A DNA stretch of 63,883 bases, counting the filler, from Octopus bimaculoides (taxonomy: Eukaryota), in the NCBI RefSeq assembly GCF_001194135.2. It is 3 parts of 3 records of this genome, joined end to end, with 100 filler letters (N's around TTAATTAATTAA, not from the genome) between each part and the next. Parts side by side here need not be neighbours in the genome. Positions count along the whole stretch, not along the records: positions 51,941 to 63,883 come from NC_068985.1; 2 more parts are not named here. The stretch is one strand, 5' to 3'. The position numbers and the translations under genes were made by a program. Shown here piece by piece: positions 53,836 through 63,883 of this stretch; the first letter of the stretch is position 1; each line of letters opens with the position of its first letter. Under the pieces are notes generated by a model, which ran no database searches, had not been told where the DNA came from, and saw only the letters and a list, made by a program, of their open reading frames with translations.

Positions 53836-54738
53836 CCATGATAAAATATATGCTGTACAAATAAGTAGAGACATTGTAGGGTTGAGAAGATTCTTTGGCC
53901 TTGTTGAGGACACAACATCTCTAGTGTTGGTGCCATAATAAAACATTTGTCTTTGAAGTGGTTAATGAACAAATAGAGACATCATAGAGTGATGAAGGCC
54001 CTCTTTAGCCTTGCTGGGGAATCCAAGCTAAAAATGAAACACACAAGCAAGATGTGGTCCTCTGGTTTGACTTGGAGTGCAGTAACTCCAGATAAGAGTT
54101 CAGTTTGTGACAGCTTGTCCAACCCATACCAGGACAGAACATCATCATACATTTCCTATGCTGGCATGGGTTGAACAGTTTGACTGGAGTTGATAAGGTG
54201 GCACCAGGTTCCATTGTCTGTTCTGGTATTGTTTCTTTGGCTGGATGCCCTACCTAATGCCAACCACTTTATAGAATGTACTGAGTGCTTTTCATATGAC
54301 AGCAGCATCAGTGGTTTTATGGCATAAAATAATAATAATAACAATAACTACAATTAACAAGTGTTTTGGTATTGAATTCTGGGATTGCATTGCTTTGTTT
54401 AAGAGAATTTGAGTTCAGTGCTAAAAAACAGAAATAACTGAACTTTCTAGTCTAGCAGTGGTCTGCTTTTGGGCAGGCCCTCCAGCATTCTTTATACAAC
54501 CTGGGAGGGTCCATACCCTCCTCTGCCACTATTCAGTAAGTTACTGGAACTTTGGCTATCATGGCTTGACTTGAGACAAATACTGGAGTGGCTTCCTGTT
54601 GCCTTCTCCAGGCAGGTGGAATTTGAACTCACAATGTCGAGAGCCGGAAGATATAGTGTAACTTTAGCTTCCTGTAATAATTATTTATTGAGGTGATGAC
54701 CAGTATGTTTGACAACCTGTTTATTAAATCCAATGTAG

Positions 54739-54785
54739 GGGATTTTTGGTATTCTTCACTGCCTTCGCCTTGTTCTTGGGAATAA
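54739..54785 (+). CDS. Candidate second exon of gene R, completing MSRSKAFWGFLVFFTAFALFLGI (signal peptide or signal anchor)
   Basis: Acceptor aaatccaatgtag|, phase-2 join gives Trp then a hydrophobic stretch. Donor TAA|GTAACA is moderate. Confidence 0.3.
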
Positions 54786-56228
54786 GTAACAAACTTGACT
54801 GTTCAGAAATGTTTTTTACTATAAACCAACATCCTCAGTAGCTAAAGCACTTCTTGTTATATGCTGGTGTATTCTAGACAAACTGTAGCATAACTGTGTG
54901 GCTAAGAAGTTAATTTGCCAACCACATGGTTTAGGATTCAGTCCCATCTTCTACAAGAGTCCTGAGTCAACCAAAACTTTGTGAGTTTGGTAGATGGAAA
55001 CTATCTACCATAAGTGTATGCAAGTGTTTGTGTATATATGAAGAACTTACTTTCAAAACCAGATCTATACATTGGAATGACTTTTGGGTTAATATAGAAC
55101 TGAACAACTTGAATATATCTGGTTTTGATTGGAAGACTAAGATTCGCCTATTGTTTATATGGCATCTATTCCCAGTTTGACTGAAAAAAATTTCACGTGC
55201 TTGAAGCCAGCAGCTTGCAGTTTGTATTTTAATGGTTTTCATGAAATCAACCAAACATGCACTTTTACCAGTTTTAAAAGTAAGCTCCTCATATGTGTGT
55301 GTGTGTGTGTGTTACTGTCTCTTTGCCTTGGTTTCATGTGAGAGTTGTAAACAAATGTCACCCTTACACAAACGGCGTCCTTCATTTCCAATCTTCCATA
55401 AAAACATGTCTAGTCATGAGGAATCGCTTATGACTAGATATGGGTTGGTGACAGAAGGAGCATCCAGCTGTAGAAAATTTGCCTCAACAAATTCTGTCCA
55501 ACCCATGCGTATGGAAAAGTGGGTGTTAAACAATGATGAGGATTTGATGATTTCATACAAGAAACACAGCCTATGTGTTTCATTTCATTTACAAAGATTT
55601 AGTAAAATATTTGTTAGATTCAGTAGAAGCATTAATGTAAAATAGTCATATTTAATGTAAATTTATAGTTGTGGTATCTTGCTCCCAAGTGCTCCAGTAA
55701 AAGATTTGAGGAGCTGCTTCAATTAAATGTATATGTATGGCTGTTGTTTAACCTTCTGTTGGCCATGACAACCTCACCTCACCTCATTTTAGGCATAGAG
55801 TATATTTAAAGCAGCATTATCTTGTGTGTATTTTTCCCTTTATAAGACAGTAGGGTATAATTTGTGGGAGATTCAGTTTCTATTTTTAGTCAGTTGAATG
55901 ACCGTGTAGAGACTCTATCATTGACTTTTGTGGGTGGGTGTGTGTGTGAGAGAGAGAGAAAAAGTGTGTGTGTGAGAGGTAGAGAGAGAAAGCGATAAGG
56001 AAGCTGGCATGTATTCTGTAACTTTTTTTTGTTGTTTTTTTCACATTCTGATACAGTATGAAGCATTAAACCCCCAGGCATGACTGGTATTAGTACTCTT
56101 TCTCATGTTGTATCATAGAAGGCAAAAACTGTTTTTTGAGGTGGGGGTGGCTTGATCTTGTGTAAATATCTATAAAATCTATATGTGGACCTTGGTGTTA
56201 ATCATCTAGTCCTGATTCAGAAAGGAGA

Positions 56229-56262
<34 letters not shown>

Positions 56263-56639
56263 GAGAGAAAGATAAGTCCTTGTAAATTGCTGTTTAGTCC
56301 CTAATCAGCCCTGATCAAGTAGACCTATAAATTAAAGGTATTCCATAGGACTATCCCACATTTATATATCTTTTTATTCTTTTACTTATTTCAGTCATTG
56401 GATTGCGACCATGCTGGGGCACTGCGTTGAAAGATTTAGTCAATCAGATCAATCATAGTCTTTATTTTAAGTCAGGTATTTGTTCTTTTGTCCCACTTTG
56501 TTGAACTACTAAGTTACAGGAACTTAAGCCAGCACCAGTTGTTAAACAGTGACAGATAAACACACACATTCCACTCACTCACTCATTCTACTCCACTCAC
56601 TCCACTCCACTCCACTCACTCACTCACTCACGTTTATCC

Positions 56640-56785
56640 ATATCATATGGATAAAGGCTAAGTTGACCTCGGTGGAATTTGAACTCAGAACATAGCAGCA
56701 GAAGAAATACTTCTAAGCATTTTGCCCAGCATGCTAACAATTCTGCCAGCTCACTGCCATGATGATGATGATGATAATAATAATA

Positions 56786-56852
<67 letters not shown>

Positions 56853-57043
56853 TTTCTACTATTGGGGAGGGGGATTAGGTCGATTGCATCAACTCCAGTG
56901 TTTCACTGGTACTTAATTTATCGACCCTGAAAGGATGAAAGGCTAAGTTGACCTCAGCGTAATTTGAAATCAGAATGTGGTGGCAGACAAAATATCATTA
57001 AGCATTTTGTCCAGCGTGCTAACGATTCTGCCAGCTCACCACC

Positions 57044-57104
<61 letters not shown>

Positions 57105-57110
57105 TAATAA
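56640..57110 (-). mobile_element. Head-to-tail pair of family B SINEs with (GAT)(AAT)(TAT)n and (AAT)n spacers
   Basis: Cores at about 56660 and 56945, CpG-decayed. Confidence 0.8.
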
Positions 57111-57117
57111 TAGTTTT

Positions 57118-57455
57118 AGATGTGGCTGTGTAGTTAAGAAGCTTCTCAACAGTGATCTTACTGCAGCTCACGTTGAGAAAGTATCTTCTATTATAGCCCC
57201 AGGCTTGCCAAAACCTTATGAGTGGCTTTGGTAGATGGAAACTGAAAGAATCCCATTGTGTGTGTGTGTGTGTGTGTCTTTGTATTGTGTCTTGTATATC
57301 CTTTGCCACTGCTTGACAACCAGTGTTGGTTTGTTTATTTCTCCATGACTTAGACTTGAAAGTTAAGTACTGGGTCAATTCATTTGACTAAACTCTTCAA
57401 GGCGGTGCCCCAGCATGATCGCATCCTGTGACTGAAACAAATGAAAGATAAAAAT
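57118..57455 (+). mobile_element. Family C SINE
   Basis: gtggctgtgtagttaagaag...ggtagatggaaactgaaag...ggcggtgccccagcatg...tgactgaaacaa. Confidence 0.75.
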
Positions 57456-57621
57456 TGGCTTTGTTTTGTCCAAAGCCTTGGCTTTCTATAGCTTTATTAT
57501 TATTATTATTATTATTATTATATCTCTATTGTTTAAGTTAAGATTCTGTTATCTTGAAATTCTTTATCCAGTTATTTATTATCTCCATCAATTATCACTC
57601 TGTAACACCCACCCACCCCGG

Positions 57622-57670
<49 letters not shown>

Positions 57671-58264
57671 GCTCACGCTCACAAATACTAATACTTTTTA
57701 TCTTCCTTCCGTATCTGCCATCCTTTCCTCTCCTCTGTTTCCATTGTCCCTTGTTTACCAACCGCCTCCCCAACCCCAACGTACATCAATAAGACAGCCC
57801 ACCAACCGACTGACCGAACAGCCTGTCTACCAGCCAGCCACACAGCCATTCTTTGTTTCCCTATGTATTATTAATTCACCCATGGACAGCTCTGAACCAA
57901 CAACCGCCATCACCAAACCCATGCCGGACACCTATGTACATGTTTTTTCACCAGTAAGATAAAGAGCTATTACCATCAATCTCTCTTCAACCCTTAGTTC
58001 TCTCTCCGTCTATCTTATCTCATTGTTTCACTGTCTGTATGTCTAACTTTCGGTCTATCTGTTTTATATATTAATTGGTCTATCTGTCAGTTGGGTATAT
58101 CTGTCTTTCTATCAGTCAGTATGTTTGTCAGTCTTCCTGGTTCTAGTAACTATGCCAGTCTTTTGTTCTTAATATGTTCCAGCACAGCAGACTATAGCTA
58201 AGACAGCTACAGCCAGGCATTTCGACCGGTACCCTTCTTTTTCTTCTTCTTCTTCATTTTCTTC

Positions 58265-58368
<104 letters not shown>

Positions 58369-58807
58369 CCAACCAACCACCTTGCTATATGTCTGTTCTT
58401 GTAGCTGCTGCTACATTACTAGATGCAACTATTAATAAGATTACCATTAACTACTGCTACTGTTACAATAGTACGACTATCACTGCATCCACCACCACAA
58501 TCACCAATGTGGCAGCGGTTGCTATTGTTGTTACTACTACTACTACTAATGATGATAATAATAATGGTAATGATACTAATAATGGCTATAACAACAACAA
58601 CAATTATAGTTATTGTTGTTTAGCCACCAAGTGGGCCCCTGATTAAATAGGCCGATGATCGAAGGCATACCAGCCCTCACATCAATCTGTCTATATTTTT
58701 CCAATCATAGTGGACTGCAGACTTCATTATCCAAAGTGTAGCTGTTGTTTCAAGCATATGGGTGTGCCAGTGTAGGATTCACTAATTGGCCACTAGTACT
58801 ACTACTA

Positions 58808-58842
<35 letters not shown>

Positions 58843-59499
58843 AGTAGTAGTAGTAGTAGTAGTAGTAAGAGACAGTAACAATACTAATGGAGTGGTGTGG
58901 TAGTAGTATTTCATACTCCTAATGACAGAACTACTATTGCTATTGTTAGTCTCATAGACAGTACCAATATTATTTGATGACTATTACGACTACATACTTT
59001 GGATTTTTCTTCCAAATGATTTATTACCAATCCACAAACACCATTTACAGCCCGTACATACATCCGTCTCCCCCTATGGAAGCAGAGAGCAATGGGGAAA
59101 GCAAAAAGGCCGAATTGAAGTAAATTATGTGTGTGTGTGTGTGTATGTGTTCACATATGTATGTATGTAAATGCGTGTGTGTGCATATAACTATATGCAT
59201 ATGCCTGTGTATATATGTGTATTTATACATGTGTGTGTCTATATGCAAAACTGTGTATGTGTTCATTCATTTGTTTGATGCCTATTTTTTTTCCACACTT
59301 TGTTGAGATGGGTTTTCTACTGCTGGATGCCCTTCCTGTTGCTAACTCTCACCTGTTACCAAGTCAGGTAATATTCCCATTACCATACATTGTTTTCATG
59401 GCAGATTTGACATGAAGAACACTGCTGCATGGGAACTTTTGTTTACAAGTATCACGTAATGTCAAGGCCAGAAGACAGTCTCATGCATGCACACACACA

Positions 59500-60030
59500 T
59501 CGTCGTTGTCATCACTTAACGTCCGTTGTCATCACTTAACGTCCGTTGTCCATGCTGGCATGAGTTGGTCGGTTGACCGGGCTGACATGCTGTAAGGCTG
59601 CACCAGACTCCAGTCTGATTTGACATGGTTTTCTATGGCTGGGTGCCCTTCCTAATGCCAACCACTACGAAAGTATGATGGGTACTTTTACATGCAAGGG
59701 TGTCATTTGCATGACACCAGTGTGCTTTTGCATACCATCAGCATGGGTGCCAATTTGCGTGACACTAGTATCTGCCATGACTTTGATTTTGCTCGGCTTG
59801 ACGGGTCTTCTCAAGCACAACATAATGCCAATGGTCTTGGTCATTTCCTATGTGAGACCCAACACTCGAAAGGAACTCAGCCACCTTGCTTCCATGAGGC
59901 CCAACACTCAAAAGGAACTCAGTCATTTTGCCTCCGCGTGGCCCAAATGCTCAAAAAGTGTTCTTTACATGCCACCAGCATAGGTGCACTTGGCTTGACG
60001 GGTACTCTCAAGCACAGCACATCACCAGAT
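59500..60030 (-). mobile_element. Family D repeat (GAT-tailed retroposon 3' end)
   Basis: catgctggcatg...ggtgcccttcctaatgccaaccact. Related copies at 9070-9262, 11630-11840, 54045-54320, 55300-55550, 59300-59420 and 62690-62925. Confidence 0.65.
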
Positions 60031-60529
60031 AGATAGATAGATGTATGACAAGTTTCTATTAGTTTCAGTCAACTAAGTCCTTCCACAGGACTTTGGTCGG
60101 CCTGGGGCTATAGTAGAAGACACTTACCCAAGGTGGCACGCAGTAGGACTGAAATGGAGACCACATGGTTGGGAAGCCAACTTACCACATAGCCAATCCT
60201 ATGCCTAGTATGATTTCCTTGTTATAAATTGAAATGCATTCCAAACAAAATAAAGGTTAAGTTTTATTTGTGAAATACAGTTGCTTTGAATTTGCTTCAG
60301 AAAGAGGTCTCTGTTTGTGATGGTTAGTTGGGGTGGGGGCACTAGGAATGTGACCTGGGTGGCAAGAGGTGGCAACCTGAAAAAGGTTGGGAACCACTAC
60401 TTTAACCAAATCAAGTGGAACACTTGTCATTGTAACTGACAGAGTACCGCGCCCAACATCATTTGCCAGAATCGAAATAGCTTGCTGAATTTGATGTAAA
60501 CTTTCTGCTGGTGGAAAACCTATAAACGA

Positions 60530-60935
60530 TAAACGTCGCCCTTTCAAAGCCTAGCCAGGCTCATGGGCCCGGTTTCTGTGACGTATGTGTTTCCCCCCCC
60601 CCCCCNNNNNNNNNNNNNNNNNNNNNNNNNNNNNNNNNNNNNNNNNNNNNNNNNNNNNNNNNNNNNNNNNNNNNNNNNNNNNNNNNNNNNNNNNNNNNNN
60701 NNNNNNNNNNNNNNNNNNNNNNNNNNNNNNNNNNNNNNNNNNNNNNNNNNNNNNNNNNNNNNNNNAAAGTTGGGGCAAAAGAGTACCACAGGGGTCACCA
60801 CCACCCCCTGCCGGAGCCTCGTGGAACTTAAGTGTTCTTGCTCAATAAACACTCACAACGCCCGGTCTGGGAATTGAAACTGCGATCCTCTGATCGCAAG
60901 TCCGCTGCCCTAATGACTGGGCCATTGCGCCTCCA
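60530..60935 (-). mobile_element. tRNA-derived SINE, family A, interrupted by an N gap
   Basis: Both flanks of the gap match the reverse complement of 1503-1813. Confidence 0.8.
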
Positions 60936-61479
60936 CAGAAAACCTATAGTTGTGAATAGTTTGACCATATTATAATATGTTGCCAAACATAATTTATTAA
61001 CTGAGCTTTTCAGTTAATCCTGTATAACCCAGCTATGTTATGTAGGTTTATCCTTCTTCTCAGTTGCTTTTATGAGTTGCCTCAAAGTTTTCCGTTAATA
61101 CACCTTGAAGTCAGCTATAACATGTTATTAATCTCTTGGCTGCAGCAAAAAAGTTATGTTCTTGAGGGCATGTTTCACCCTTACACTATCACAAATATCA
61201 TATTTTGTTTGAAGTATTGGAAGTCTAGCATTATATTTTTCTGCAGCAGGGCAAAAGTAGTTTGTAAACCAGTCTTGGAAAAGGCTCATAGTCACCCCAA
61301 GCTTTCTTCTTTCAGTTTTTCAGTTTCAAATCACAGGTAAATTAAACTTAGCATGACCCCTTGGCAGCCCTTGAATTTTGAGTGTGAACAATAAGGATTT
61401 TAATTTTCATATCACCACTAGCATTTCATATGATCACCATTTCCTTTCACAAGAAGTACAAGATGATTTTTTTTAAGTT

Positions 61480-61708
61480 TTAACCCTTCAGCTTCCACAT
61501 TACTCTGTCAAATTTAATACTTATTAATTTACATTGTTTTGAATTCATCATGCATTATCTTGTGACTCCGAGATTTCACTGATGTGATTGTATATTTTTA
61601 GAATGACATTGTAGGTTAGGTGTGAGAGGTCAGATTTCAACAGTTTGAACATAAAACAGGTAGAATATTTTGTGTTGGATATGACCAGTTGAAATACTAA
61701 AGGATTAA
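61480..61708. mobile_element. Non-autonomous piggyBac-like MITE
   Basis: Flanked by TTAA at 61480-61483 and 61705-61708, with decayed short TIRs cccttcagc / tactaaagga. Confidence 0.5.
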
Positions 61709-63883
61709 GCCTTAGTAATGATTTCTATTCACTGGAAATAAAAATCTAAGTAGAATAAAATTCAGTTTCATCAACACCATTCCACTTGTTCTAGTGTACA
61801 GCTTCTTTCATTATTTCCTTCAACTACTAAGCTTTATTGGCAACTTAACCAGTCATTTTAGTGATGTGCAAATTAAGGTGCATTTTCACCTTTTCTAATC
61901 AGTCTTCACTAAAAACAGATTTTGGATCAGAAGTTGTACTTTTCACTGTCTACAAATTGTCATACAAACTTTTAGCTTTCACTAACCCCTTGTGATACCA
62001 GCTTGCCTGAGACCATCCATAGTTGTATGATATAAACTTTCTGTTTTAAAGTGATCTTAATTCAAAACCTTCCATCTAAATTCTGTGTTAATTCATGTTC
62101 CAAACACCAAATTAATAAGGTCAAAATATTTTTCTAAATCTTTCATGTTTTTCAAAATTAATTAAAACAGCCAGTTTAAGAATTATGGTAACAAAAGATT
62201 TTAAACCCAAACTCACTGTAGACAAGAAGGAAGACAGTCTATTCTTCTTTTTTTTGATAGGGTTTGGTAAAGAGAAACTGGGATTTATCTTGTTGGTACT
62301 CCTGGTGAACCTACAATGACATTCCTGATCATTCTTCCTTAGCAAAATCTGACAAGATGAAGACATGTACAGAAGGAAAACAATTTTAAGTTGAAGGTAA
62401 ATTTTCAAGAGAAATCCAAACAGAAAATGCCTTCATTAAGCTCAATTCTGGACCATTTACAGCTACTTTCCAAGGTGGCCAACACCTGCTGTTCTACATG
62501 TTTGTGCGCATGCATGCACACACATTATGTTTGGTCCACCTGCACAGCACATTGGGTGTCTTCTGTTATAGCCCTGAGTCAATGAAAGACTTGTGAGTGG
62601 ATTTGGTAGAAACTGAAAAAAGCTCATTCTGTATATGTATACACAATTCTGTGTATGTGTGCGTGTGTGTGCTTGTGTGTATCCTTGTCTAGACATCATG
62701 TGATAGTAGTAAATGAGCATCATTGCCATACAAGCAACATTCATTTCCATTCTTTGTTTCCAGTCTTCCATGAAAAACATGTCTAGCTAAGGAAAACTAT
62801 TACCTTGCTTGGGAACAGGTAGGGATAAGCAACAGGAAGGGTATCCAGCCCTAGAAAAGTCTGCCTCAACAAATTCCATCTGACCAATGCAAGCATGGAA
62901 AAAATGGACATAAAATGACAATGAGGTGTGTGTGTGTGTGTGTAATTCTGCTTGCCCCTTTTTCTTTTCCGTACATACAGCTGTTTTTCTGTTTTTTCCT
63001 TATTTTTTTTTTTTAGTTGAATGCTTGAATCGTGTAACAGCCAGAGGTCTAGTAGCTACCAGTCTATTAAAGTCTATCATCTGTTGTGGGGTGTGGGTCA
63101 GTCATTTTGCTTATTCACCAGTCAGGTATTGAGTCCATTCTGTCTCAGTCCAGCCATCCACTCACCTCCCTCATCACCTACCTACCTACCTGCCTACCTG
63201 CCTACCAAACCATTTACGTACATGTAGCTGACTGGTTAGCTGTTGCTTTGTCTAGGTTGCTAAGTTGTTACATTATGACTGTCTGGTCTGGTCTACATGT
63301 GTGTATGTGTATCTAAGATTTAGTACTGCAGGTAAGGAACAAATGAAAGAGAGAAGGAAGAGGAAAATGCGATACAGGAGAAAGGTAGTGAACATTGTCT
63401 GTGTGTCTGGTTTGTGATGATCTCGATGTGATTGGGGCAGATAATGTGTAGCTATTGTACTAAGTCGAACATATAGTACACAGTTATTGTGTTAATTAAG
63501 TCCTACATTTGTCACATTTCCTGTGTGGAACTTAAAATGAAACTTAAAATAGCAAATAGCACTCACTCCATAGCATATATTTCGATGGGTAGGCAGGTCG
63601 TGTTACATTAACCATTCAAACCAGGGAAAGACTGAGGACTTGAAATGACTTTAGGTGGACATTGTCCCTGGACCGTTTCTTCCACGTTTGTCTAACATGT
63701 AATTTTTTTTTTTCCTTTTTTTTTTTGAATGTTTGACTCCACCATGGCTTGGTAGAATATTGGTGAGAGAGGTAGGAATGAGGCAGAGTGATTGTCACTC
63801 TTACGTGTGAGTGTGGGACATGAAAAAAATTGAACAAGTGACTTCAAAACGAAATTGTTTTAAAATCCCTAGATTACATATAT

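Overview
AT-rich eukaryotic genomic DNA, dense in microsatellites and SINEs, with many N gaps. The repeat families and composition best fit an octopus (coleoid cephalopod) draft scaffold; this is an inference from recalled repeat motifs, not a database match. Nearly all ORFs in the supplied track are artefacts of dinucleotide repeats or N runs. The only clearly meaningful tracked ORFs are transposon remnants, chiefly an RTE-type reverse transcriptase fragment at 51941-52243. Reading splice signals directly reveals genes the track misses. (1) A complete three-exon gene at 33251-36074 (+), with a TATA box and polyA signal, encodes an 80-aa secreted precursor with a six-cysteine, probably helical mature peptide. 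It resembles ciliate Er pheromones and Aplysia attractin and is the best candidate for a novel system. (2) The 3' part of a multi-exon gene of unknown function at 378-20010 (+), with microexons and a possible GC-AG donor. (3) A possible gene start at 52625 (+). The window splits into a CpG-decayed left domain, a CpG-retaining centre (about 22-52.6 kb) and a CpG-decayed right domain, readable in copies of one SINE family. The centre also holds several long hairpins, a fold-back SINE and an internally inverted mariner.
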